Of a stretch of 64,000 nucleotides of DNA, positions 55,519-64,000 are shown piece after piece. How positions within the stretch are numbered: the first letter of the stretch is position 1; every line of letters begins with the position of its first letter. The notes beneath the pieces were generated by a model. It saw nothing but the letters and a program-made list of their open reading frames with translations, did no database searches and was not told the DNA's origin. The DNA is from a virus. Where the stretch lies: IMG/VR virus record IMGVR_UViG_3300022700_000177, positions 1-64,000 of that record. The stretch is one strand, 5' to 3'. The translations under genes were made by a program, and so were the position numbers.

Positions 55519-56832
55519 TTAAATTGTGTATTGTTCAGGTTTTACTTTATCTATAATGTCAGAACTATATTCACCAGAAACATTGGAAACACATACTGCA
55601 TAGTAATACTCACCAGAAATAAGCTCACCGGAAACAAACTCACCTGATATATGGGTTCCGTCTTCTTGGTTAGACACTTCATAAGAACCGCCAACAGAAT
55701 TTGCTTTTGCAACCAAATTACCAGTGCTTCTGTTGTATATTCTTACTGGTCTATTTGACAAAACACTTTTGACCCTAACTTCTCCATATATTTTATAAGC
55801 CGTTACTGTTGCTACTTGTTCTTCCTCAGTCCCGAAGGTCAGGAGGTTGTCGGTTTGGGCGTAGTAATTGGCCTTTCTCCAGGCAGCGGATCTTGCAACA
55901 TCAGAAACTCTTAACTCATCTAAAAACCCATCTAAGTTCTCGTTTTGCTTGTTCGCATGACCGCCACCCCAATCATTTAAGGAAAAGTCAGTTCCTTGCG
56001 AAGCATTCCCTTTAGCTGAAGCATCCTGCTCGTAATAAATAGTACCAGATGAATTGTATAAAACCCCACAGACCCATCTATCCTCATCAGCACTAAAATC
56101 GGCAGGACCTAAATTTAAAGCTGAACCGCCATCGTGTTGTAAGTAAACATCATCATCATCCTTCCTTTGGAAATCAGTACTTGTTGAATCGTTATTGCCA
56201 AATATACGATGACTTGAACTTCCTGCTTGCATATAATAAGCAAACTCAAGAGTCCAATCGCCACCAGATGACAACGTAATTGTGCTATTTAAAGCAACAT
56301 GGTCTCCGTTGCCATCAAACTCTTTGCCATTTCCTAAAAGACCATCATTTCCAGTTGCATCGCAATTGTCTGTTCCGCTGTTACTGCCAACAGAATCCGT
56401 CATTCCTCCATCATGGGAAACATAAGTATAGTTGCCATCCCAAACATTCTGAGCCACAGCGTCAGTCGTATCTCCAACGTAAGTGGTGTTGTCCGCTTTT
56501 GTGGAATCGTAGTACAGGTACAGCGTTGAGGCTCCGCTGGAGGAAAGCTCCAGATCAGATTTGGATACCCACAATACCGCCTCTTCATTCGCATCGTCCC
56601 AACGCTCGATCTCAACATAAATTTGGGTTGTACCGTCATCTTTGGTGACGGCGATTTTCTTCCGGTTGGCATCAGAAGTCAGTTCATCAAAGACCGCTGA
56701 AACATCATCTGAGGATTGCCCGACAGCCGTGCCTAAAACAATAGGGATCGGAAAGTGAGTCAGATCACTGTCGATGTTGGTATTATCAACGGTGATCTCT
56801 ATTCGTTTAGCCCAATCGGAAAGCCATGCCAT
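55519..56832 (-). CDS. virion protein, DUF2341 plus LamG/ConA-like domain
   Basis: DLTHFP, LYLYYD, LDELRVS..ARSAAW. Confidence 0.75.
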   Translation of the reverse strand: MAWLSDWAKRIEITVDNTNIDSDLTHFPIPIVLGTAVGQSSDDVSAVFDELTSDANRKKIAVTKDDGTTQIYVEIERWDDANEEAVLWVSKSDLELSSSGASTLYLYYDSTKADNTTYVGDTTDAVAQNVWDGNYTYVSHDGGMTDSVGSNSGTDNCDATGNDGLLGNGKEFDGNGDHVALNSTITLSSGGDWTLEFAYYMQAGSSSHRIFGNNDSTSTDFQRKDDDDVYLQHDGGSALNLGPADFSADEDRWVCGVLYNSSGTIYYEQDASAKGNASQGTDFSLNDWGGGHANKQNENLDGFLDELRVSDVARSAAWRKANYYAQTDNLLTFGTEEEQVATVTAYKIYGEVRVKSVLSNRPVRIYNRSTGNLVAKANSVGGSYEVSNQEDGTHISGEFVSGELISGEYYYAVCVSNVSGEYSSDIIDKVKPEQYTI

Positions 56833-56841
56833 AATTTACTC

Positions 56842-57072
56842 CTAATCAATGCTCACAATAGTGGTTGTTTCAGTTCCCACTTTACCTATTATCTGATCCA
56901 TATAAACCAAAACATTATCCCCTATACCAGAAGTTCCCCATACAGTTCTGTTCATACCATTCTCAAGCAAAACCGTCCTTCTATCTCTTTTTATCCCTAC
57001 AACAGTGCCTATATGGTATTTATTTGGCTTCCTATTGATAGATTTCTGCATTTTCTTCAACAAATTGCTCAT
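56842..57072 (-). CDS. small tail-region protein
   Basis: OB-like GTVV..IGDNVLV; in late operon. Confidence 0.6.
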   Translation of the reverse strand: MSNLLKKMQKSINRKPNKYHIGTVVGIKRDRRTVLLENGMNRTVWGTSGIGDNVLVYMDQIIGKVGTETTTIVSID

Positions 57073-57383
57073 GTGTCACTCCTTTCCACTGTACAAGTGA
57101 CCATAGCACTGACACTATCTGAAAAATCAATGTTCAGTGAAAATCCAGTAAGCTTTCCTCTGAAAACTTCTCCAAGTTGGGAATCATTTACCTCAACCAA
57201 ATCCCCAATACTTTTCCAGTCCTCATAGACTTTTTCTATATCATAAATCCACTTATGGGAGCTTTCCTCGGAGAGATACATCTTCCCCCTCTCAGTTGCA
57301 ACAGGCTCGGTAGCCATAAGCTCGTCTATGATTGGGTCCGGTGCTAACTTATCCCCGGCCCCAGTTATTACTTTCACTTTCAT
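57069..57383 (-). CDS. tail-region protein
   Basis: coupled ORF in late operon. Confidence 0.6.
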   Translation of the reverse strand: MKVKVITGAGDKLAPDPIIDELMATEPVATERGKMYLSEESSHKWIYDIEKVYEDWKSIGDLVEVNDSQLGEVFRGKLTGFSLNIDFSDSVSAMVTCTVERSDT

Positions 57384-57394
57384 ACTTACTCCGA

Positions 57395-57892
57395 TTAAGA
57401 AGCAGGATAAACTACAACAACAATCATTCCCTCACCAAAATCACTTGGGGGGGTGAGCTTCATAAGAGTGTATGTTGTTGTATAGTTGACTTTTGCTACT
57501 CCAGGGTTTGTATTGGAAGGAGAACCAGAACACTGGACTTCATTAGCAGCATCAGCTTGGGTTATTGTGCCAAGACCTCCACTTGATGGATACCATGTAT
57601 AAGAATCAAGGGTGTGTATGAGTTTAGAAACTGTGTCCGTAGTATCCCCCTCTTCAGTGAAAGTAACATAATCCTCAAGCTCTTCTGTGAATCCTGTTTC
57701 CTCAGTTGTAACAGTTCCAGCAGTTGGGGTAGTAGCAAAAGTCACATTTGCATAAACCCTGAAATAAACAGAATCTCCAGGCAAAAACGTTGTTTTCCCA
57801 TTATTGTCGTCAGAATTTATTTCTGCATCAATATAAAGGTTGCTCGCTGCGTCAGCAGAAAATTGAACTTGTATGGTTGCTGAAACTGCCAT
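57395..57892 (-). CDS. tail-region beta-rich protein
   Basis: T/S/D-rich; late operon. Confidence 0.6.
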   Translation of the reverse strand: MAVSATIQVQFSADAASNLYIDAEINSDDNNGKTTFLPGDSVYFRVYANVTFATTPTAGTVTTEETGFTEELEDYVTFTEEGDTTDTVSKLIHTLDSYTWYPSSGGLGTITQADAANEVQCSGSPSNTNPGVAKVNYTTTYTLMKLTPPSDFGEGMIVVVVYPAS

Positions 57893-57894
57893 AA

Positions 57895-58926
57895 TTATTC
57901 CTCCGTATAAAAAAGAGTAGTTGTTCTCTCATCATGAGTAACTACAAATTTATGGTACTTTGTGGTGTATGTTATATTTAAAAGGGACTCACCTACAACA
58001 TTTGTATATAGATTCGTCCCATCATGTTCTAAGCTTCCAAGATTATCCCAATTGTAGGAGTAGCTATCAACACTGAATATTGGTTTTTCAGAACTACCTT
58101 GCCCCTCGACAATCTCAATGATTTCCTCAACTGACTCTGTTTGCTCACCGTAATTTACAATGCTGACTAAACTTGGATCACCCGCACTTAAAAGTTCAAC
58201 ACTGTCTTGGAATGGATAGACTCTTACAGCAAGAGTAACACTTTTGCTGTCATAATCCCAATCAATCTCCTCAATAGAGTAAGAAATATCGGAATCCAAA
58301 TCCTTATTCATCAAAATCACAGCATTGTAAAGTGATCTCAAATCCTTAGTTTCTGAAATACTGATAATATCATCTGCATCGTCTAAGGTTATTGTAGGGG
58401 TCTGGTCTGCATCATAATAATGGGATGGAGTTACACTGTATTTTGGCTGCACCTTTAATGTTCCTCCAGGTGTCGTTTGGAGTATAGCTCCAGCAGCATC
58501 AGCAATTCTACGTATAACCTCTATTGGATATTCCCCTTCAGCAATTAGAGTATTTGCGGGAATTGTCCAATCAAGAATGTCCCATGATAAAGTTATAGAA
58601 TGATCATCACAAAGACCCTGAACAATGCTTTGTGCGGTTTGGTCTGATTCCCATTCATAATATAGTTGAGAAGCATTCCCCTCCCCAAGCTTTGCTGTAA
58701 TGGATCTTCCTTCTATAGAGTACGAAGTTTCCCCGAAAGACCTTGTTCTTTCCCTATTGTCAATTATGAAAAGAAACGATGTTCCATTGATATCAATGGT
58801 TATTTCAGATCCAGTAGTGCATAAACTCCATTCATCAGGATCAAGCAATTCTGCTTTCATAGAGATGCAATAAGAATCTTCATCTGTATCTAAGGATATG
58901 GATCTGAAATCAGTTATTTGTGTCAT
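57895..58926 (-). CDS. putative tail hub/baseplate protein
   Basis: GRS.TA.L, WTIPA, PIEVIRRIADAAGA pattern. Confidence 0.55.
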   Translation of the reverse strand: MTQITDFRSISLDTDEDSYCISMKAELLDPDEWSLCTTGSEITIDINGTSFLFIIDNRERTRSFGETSYSIEGRSITAKLGEGNASQLYYEWESDQTAQSIVQGLCDDHSITLSWDILDWTIPANTLIAEGEYPIEVIRRIADAAGAILQTTPGGTLKVQPKYSVTPSHYYDADQTPTITLDDADDIISISETKDLRSLYNAVILMNKDLDSDISYSIEEIDWDYDSKSVTLAVRVYPFQDSVELLSAGDPSLVSIVNYGEQTESVEEIIEIVEGQGSSEKPIFSVDSYSYNWDNLGSLEHDGTNLYTNVVGESLLNITYTTKYHKFVVTHDERTTTLFYTEE

Positions 58927-58927
58927 A

Positions 58928-60934
58928 TCAAACCTCTGCTGACACTGTAATGGAGTAGAATGAACTTGTTCCTTTTATAAGGGAATCAATAATTGAAAAC
59001 TCCTTAGAAATTGGATTAAGACTGCTTATATCATGCTCATCAATAAATACAAGCCTTACTGTGTTGGCTATATAGTAGCTGTCCTGAACCTCTGTGCTTA
59101 CTTTTGGACGTAAGCTGTACTCAGCTTCAGTTTCATTGTTCGTTTGGTAGGAGAGCTGGAATTGCTCTTCATGCTCAGATGATACTCTTAATGAAGATTC
59201 TACTTCAAATTCAACATTTGCAGTTTCAGATAATAAATATTCCTCTTCAAATTCACTATTAACAACCAACCTCAAACTATCCTCAAAAACAAAATTCCTG
59301 GATATAATTGGAAGTGCATATCTTTCTTCAAGAAGCAGTTTAGCAGATATTCGTAAGCCACCAACCTCAATAGAGTTGTTTATATCAAAAGATTCTGAAA
59401 AAACAGATTCAATAAATCCTACTTCTCCAGTATCTATGCTTATGTTTATGCTAAATTCTGGAATCTCTATATTTATTGGGGCAAAAATCTCAACTGTTTC
59501 CCCAAGATCCCAATCCATGAGATCCGCATAAACATAAAATTCATCTGTTTGTACAAAATGATTGTATTCTGCTTCTGAAAAATAGGTAAAAGTTGAAGGA
59601 GAAGTTAGATTGTCATATTCTGTTTTATGCCAGTTTAAAGATATCGCATCATATCTGATTCTTATTTCGTCAAGAGATCCCTGCCAATGTCTATCATCTC
59701 CTGCCCTTCCACCTATATAAAAAGTTGGAGTAGAGTCTTCTACATCAGTGGGCCTCATGCTTTCTGTGGAAGACCCTTCTTCACCACCATTTATAAAAGA
59801 CTTCCAATCAACCCCATCTGCTGTCCACGAAGTGTAAAACCAAGTATTGTCAGAAGGAACCCAATTTGTAGTCGTTCTGTATGCAGAAGACCCGTTCCAC
59901 TCTCTCCAAGTCCGTATCCCATTGGAATTGTCGTCTAACCAGTAATAAAAACTATCATCTGAATTTCCGTATAAAGTAAAAAGAACTTGATTTGCGGTAT
60001 CTCCATCATCAGTTTTGGCAAAGCAAGAAAAGGTTAGTTCAGAAAATCCAAATTCTTCTAAGGTGTCATACATCCGTATATAAGGACGTGGATCGCTTGG
60101 AAAGTCTCCAGAATCCCCTATCTTTCCTGTAACTGCTGAAGGATTATCATTTGCTACAAAAACTGTATTGTCTACATGATTTGCCCTTGAAAGCATACCA
60201 TCATGAGAGACAAGCAAATAATCTTTCCAGCAAGCATCAGCTCCATAAGTACTAAAATAAACATAACCAAAGGCATCTGGATTGTCGAAATAGAGATAAA
60301 AATAGGTGTCTTCTGAGGAAGACAGATTTGGAGCAAGAAAATACATTTCTCCAGTTTTAAGTGCAGTGTCACAAGAAACAACATCTTGCGCACATTCCGT
60401 TACCTTATCTCCTTTTGTTATTCTTATGTCTGCTCCATCTTCTTTTACATAATCCCAAAATGAATCAGAAAATAAAGACAGGTCCAAATAAACCGGAAAA
60501 TCCTCTACGTCCTCCTGAACTTTGTCTTTGTCTATTGTTATTTTTATACGTCTTTTAAAATTTCCATCATACCAATGTTCTTCTACATAACCTCCCGACA
60601 CAGAAAATACAGAGCTGATATCAAAAGAGGATGATTCTACCTCTATGTCTTCTAATGTGTTCACTTCAGGAACAGGAAATTCAACCCCTACATCAAACTC
60701 CACGGAAGAAATACTTATGTCTGCTACTATTTTGTCAACAGACAATTCAGTAGTGGTAGAAAATTCCTCTGGCTCTACTGAAAAATCAGCAATAACAGAA
60801 CCAACAGAAATAGAGGAGGTTACTTCAAAGGAAGGGACCTCTATTTCTGTTGCTGCATCTCCCAAATTAAAATTAATTGGGGGGTTTGTAGTCCCAAGAG
60901 AGGAAGATGTGAGGTTGAAATCTTTAGAACTCAT
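58928..60934 (-). CDS. virion protein, DUF2341 plus LamG/ConA-like domain
   Basis: DFPVY, DGADIRIT, FYLYFDN, LDEIRI. Confidence 0.75.
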   Translation of the reverse strand: MSSKDFNLTSSSLGTTNPPINFNLGDAATEIEVPSFEVTSSISVGSVIADFSVEPEEFSTTTELSVDKIVADISISSVEFDVGVEFPVPEVNTLEDIEVESSSFDISSVFSVSGGYVEEHWYDGNFKRRIKITIDKDKVQEDVEDFPVYLDLSLFSDSFWDYVKEDGADIRITKGDKVTECAQDVVSCDTALKTGEMYFLAPNLSSSEDTYFYLYFDNPDAFGYVYFSTYGADACWKDYLLVSHDGMLSRANHVDNTVFVANDNPSAVTGKIGDSGDFPSDPRPYIRMYDTLEEFGFSELTFSCFAKTDDGDTANQVLFTLYGNSDDSFYYWLDDNSNGIRTWREWNGSSAYRTTTNWVPSDNTWFYTSWTADGVDWKSFINGGEEGSSTESMRPTDVEDSTPTFYIGGRAGDDRHWQGSLDEIRIRYDAISLNWHKTEYDNLTSPSTFTYFSEAEYNHFVQTDEFYVYADLMDWDLGETVEIFAPINIEIPEFSINISIDTGEVGFIESVFSESFDINNSIEVGGLRISAKLLLEERYALPIISRNFVFEDSLRLVVNSEFEEEYLLSETANVEFEVESSLRVSSEHEEQFQLSYQTNNETEAEYSLRPKVSTEVQDSYYIANTVRLVFIDEHDISSLNPISKEFSIIDSLIKGTSSFYSITVSAEV

Positions 60935-60943
60935 TGCACTTCC

Positions 60944-61381
60944 TTAATAGACGTTTAACCTAATTGTTTTTATCTTGAAGTCCTGTGCAGAGTCCACGGT
61001 GTAGTTCTGTCCAAAATTAATAAAACCCAAAACAGTGTCATCGTCTGTACTACTGTCATACACAATAGCGGAGCCTATTTCCCCGGAAAAACCGGAAGTT
61101 CCAGATCCAGTAAAAGTAACATCATTAAAAGACACCATAGCTTTGTCATTTGAATCATCCTCAGTATAAGAGGAAACTGTAAGAGTATTACCTCCAGTTG
61201 TATAACCACCTCCACCATTTATTTCTCCACCAGAAATATCAGAGTATGTTGCGTCCGTATCCTTATCAAAAGCATACTCACCAGACATTAAAGCACATTT
61301 AAAAGTGTCATTCAAAAGATCCACCTTTTTTGCACCTAACTGATATTTGAAATGATTTGAAACCGTTGTTGTGACTGCCAT
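60944..61381 (-). CDS. virion structural protein
   Basis: DTFKCAL, GYTTGG.TL motif common in tail regions. Confidence 0.65.
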   Translation of the reverse strand: MAVTTTVSNHFKYQLGAKKVDLLNDTFKCALMSGEYAFDKDTDATYSDISGGEINGGGGYTTGGNTLTVSSYTEDDSNDKAMVSFNDVTFTGSGTSGFSGEIGSAIVYDSSTDDDTVLGFINFGQNYTVDSAQDFKIKTIRLNVY

Positions 61382-61390
61382 AATGCCTCC

Positions 61391-62386
61391 TTATGCACTT
61401 TCCCCTGCAAAGTTGATTTTAAAAGTATTCCCACTCTGACTTGCTGCCCCAGCAGGGACAACTTGTTTTAGCCATACCGGAACCGATGCTGGATGAGTTT
61501 TAAACGTGATTGTGTCCCCACTTGCCCAAGTCCCGCTCCATCCAGCAGCCAATAATGTAAAGTATTTACCACCAACATTAGGATTGGTATATGAAAAATC
61601 AGAAGAGGTGTTTCCACTTCCAATGCTGCCAACTGCTGCACCAGAAACGTTAAATGTAGTTGCTCCTGTAAATTCAACAGTCCAAGTTTCCTCAATCGTT
61701 CCAATGTTTGTCAAAGTCGGCGGACTCCCACTTTCATCATAAGTCCCATCTCCTGCGGCAGTCTCATTCCAGTTGTCAAAACTTGGCTCAACATCCCCAT
61801 ATTCATAAACAGATGCTACGTTTGCTGTGGTTGTGACATAACTATTAGAAAGCTGGCTATTCAAATTTATAGTGCAGAGTTCACCAGAAACAACAACCTC
61901 ACCAGATATTGTACCATACTCATATGTATCAGAACCGGAAACTCCAGTACCAATAAAAACCTTATCACCATCAACAAACATATCATTAACATTTAGATGC
62001 TCAACATTTGCAACCAAAGAAGATTCACCGGCATTTACATTAGCATTTAGTGGTGCTGCTCCAAAAACTCTCTCAGAACCAGTAATATTGCCCTGAGTAT
62101 TTGTTTGAGTGCCAGCAAACATCACAACATAGTCTTCGCCTTGGGTATACTTCGTAAAATGAATCTCCCCATTATACAAAACAAGGTTGGAACTATTGGC
62201 ATTTTTGAAAAAAACTTTTCTGTACCTTGTTAAACCAGCGTTTCTTTCAGCTTGAGTAACATCTGGAAGAATAGCATTTTTTATTCCAGAAGTTGCCTGA
62301 TTAGATGACATTTTGCCACCATTGGCAGCGGTGTCATTAATTGTTGCAGCTTTATAAATCTTTAATTCCGCACTTGTAATAGACAT
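61391..62386 (-). CDS. tail-associated structural protein
   Basis: NGGKMS..KNA..PDV..AER..G..RYRKVF. Confidence 0.65.
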   Translation of the reverse strand: MSITSAELKIYKAATINDTAANGGKMSSNQATSGIKNAILPDVTQAERNAGLTRYRKVFFKNANSSNLVLYNGEIHFTKYTQGEDYVVMFAGTQTNTQGNITGSERVFGAAPLNANVNAGESSLVANVEHLNVNDMFVDGDKVFIGTGVSGSDTYEYGTISGEVVVSGELCTINLNSQLSNSYVTTTANVASVYEYGDVEPSFDNWNETAAGDGTYDESGSPPTLTNIGTIEETWTVEFTGATTFNVSGAAVGSIGSGNTSSDFSYTNPNVGGKYFTLLAAGWSGTWASGDTITFKTHPASVPVWLKQVVPAGAASQSGNTFKINFAGESA

Positions 62387-62397
62387 GCATCCCTCCC

Positions 62398-63300
62398 TTA
62401 ATCAATAACTATTGTATCGTTTGAAAGTTCATCCTCATTTGTATCCAAATACCCTGAAGCTGTTATGAGTAAATTGTGCGATCCTGCTGTTGTTTCTACT
62501 GTGATGTACCCATTTTCATCAGTCTGTCCTTTTAAATTTCCGTCAAAATAAACATAAGCACTTGCTATTGGTGTGAGTTCACTATGATCCACAACTAAAA
62601 GTTGTATGGTTCTGTCAGTTGTCTCTTCATCCTCAGTAGGCACAGACATTGTTATTGTGATTTCTTCTTGGAAAACCCCTTCCCTAAAAAGATAAAATTT
62701 ATTTACTCCAAGATTTAACAAATCATATACTTCCCAATACTTCCTATTAGATACTCTTTGATAAACAAGTTTGACAGTTCCAGAAATATTTGAACTTTGA
62801 AATGAAGGGGTTACGCATAAACCAGAAGGACTCAATTCAAAATCTTCAACTGGTATCCTCTCATCCTTTGAATACAATGTGGTCATCTGCCCACTTGAAG
62901 AAATAGATATAATTGCAGATTCAGCAGTTACAGACACTATTGATTCAGCAGGATAAGTAAGTGTCTCTTGAGCAAAAGAAACATCTGCCTCTTCACCAAA
63001 TATTAATTCGGTGTTGTCCACAGTTATATTATCAGGGGAAGAATCAAAACTAAAGGTAATGTAAGTTTCAATTTCTTCACTCGTAGCAGTATCATTGGTT
63101 CCCAGACCCAAAGCATCATCTGAATAGTAAAGGGAATATTTACTGCCCTCTTCCTGAGTTTTTGTCCATAAATATATTTTTTGGGAATAGGAAGACAGTC
63201 CCGTAAGTGTAAGATTTGTACTTATTCCATACTTTTTACTACACTCTGACCCATCACCCTCAGAGCTGTAAGTAACTTGAATTGAATCTTGTAATGCCAT
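62398..63300 (-). CDS. structural protein with PEGA/Ig-like C-terminus
   Basis: AYVYFDG..GQTD.NG..GSH.L.ITASGY. Confidence 0.6.
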   Translation of the reverse strand: MALQDSIQVTYSSEGDGSECSKKYGISTNLTLTGLSSYSQKIYLWTKTQEEGSKYSLYYSDDALGLGTNDTATSEEIETYITFSFDSSPDNITVDNTELIFGEEADVSFAQETLTYPAESIVSVTAESAIISISSSGQMTTLYSKDERIPVEDFELSPSGLCVTPSFQSSNISGTVKLVYQRVSNRKYWEVYDLLNLGVNKFYLFREGVFQEEITITMSVPTEDEETTDRTIQLLVVDHSELTPIASAYVYFDGNLKGQTDENGYITVETTAGSHNLLITASGYLDTNEDELSNDTIVID

Positions 63301-63317
63301 AAAATAAACCTGTTTAT

Positions 63318-63980
63318 TTAGGGAAAAGAAACGCCTTCTATTGGTGAAAAATCACCTTGAATGAAATAAATAAGATGCCCATTGAAGTTCTCTTCTTCTC
63401 CATCAGCCCATAAATATCTTGAAGATGGACTGGCATCATCAATCCGTATATTTATATACATAGTCGTAGAACCGCTGACATCTCCACCAGACAAATAATC
63501 TACAGTAAAAACAGCTTCATGCTGATTTACACCTGCACCTTTATTGTATTCTTTGGAGTTTGTAAAGAATGTGTCTGATTGATCCCCAACACATTCAACA
63601 TTGTTAACCTCATCACCATCGATTGTAACAATAACATTTGCATGGGTATTCGTTACATACTCTTCATCTGATACATCAGGACAACTCTTCGTAAGATTCG
63701 CAAAGTATTGAAATCCATCATATGAAAGTTTGTAATAAGAAAAGCTGCAATCTTCTCCAAGATTGTCTTTCATATTTTCCCATTCAGCATCAGTATATCT
63801 TTTTCCATAAATTGTCATTTCTGATTTGTCATAATCTGGTTCAATCCGTACTCTATATCCAATTCCAGAAATAACATCCCATGATACCGACATTTCCCCA
63901 GTGTCACCCTGATTTACTTCTCCAAAATTATTTACTCCTGTTATTCCATTATTAGTTTCTTGCCATATTGGAATTTTCAT
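63318..63980 (-). CDS. hypothetical late protein
   Basis: acidic ORF in late operon. Confidence 0.55.
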   Translation of the reverse strand: MKIPIWQETNNGITGVNNFGEVNQGDTGEMSVSWDVISGIGYRVRIEPDYDKSEMTIYGKRYTDAEWENMKDNLGEDCSFSYYKLSYDGFQYFANLTKSCPDVSDEEYVTNTHANVIVTIDGDEVNNVECVGDQSDTFFTNSKEYNKGAGVNQHEAVFTVDYLSGGDVSGSTTMYINIRIDDASPSSRYLWADGEEENFNGHLIYFIQGDFSPIEGVSFP

Positions 63981-64000
63981 AGAGGAAACAAAATCATAAG

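Noticed and set aside
55519-60934. Diversity-generating retroelement acting on the lectin domains
   Set aside because: No reverse transcriptase and no near-identical TR/VR pair seen in the window
1-64000. tRNA/rRNA genes or stop-codon reassignment
   Set aside because: No cloverleaf recognised by eye; conserved enzymes are full length in the standard code and all three stops are used

Overview
AT-rich segment of a large tailed dsDNA phage genome, standard genetic code; the host cannot be identified from sequence alone. + strand 0.6-14 kb: dense early region of small, mostly unknown genes, many with Zn ribbons. Nine of them are preceded by a long hairpin with a 3x4 internal loop, and about a dozen share an extended ribosome-binding leader (C)AAATTGGRGGT. 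14-23 kb: SF2 helicase, primase, an 860-bp non-coding block (promoter, candidate sRNA, hairpin cluster, three iterons), a plasmid-type Rep initiator and a DnaB helicase. 24.5-31.4 kb: 7-deazaguanine DNA-modification cluster (queD, queE, folE, glycosyltransferase, DpdL-like, DpdA-like) with an embedded M15 endolysin. 31-49.5 kb: clamp, UDG-fused family A polymerase, clamp loader, SSB, RecA, 5'-3' exonuclease, resolvase, split SbcC with SbcD, ThyA, class II RNR and dUTPase. 49.5-55.5 kb: glycosyltransferases, GDP-mannose 3,5-epimerase, two sulfotransferases and a NodZ-like transferase. - strand 55.5-64 kb: virion/tail genes. Top candidate for a new system: a promoter-driven ~110-nt RNA at 17.68-17.79 kb whose hairpin loop is the exact reverse complement of the shared early-gene leader, i.e. 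a possible phage-encoded multi-target translational off-switch acting on RNase III-like processed early mRNAs. All protein calls are from motif recognition by eye, not database searches; several starts were moved from the ORF track to the RBS-supported codon.
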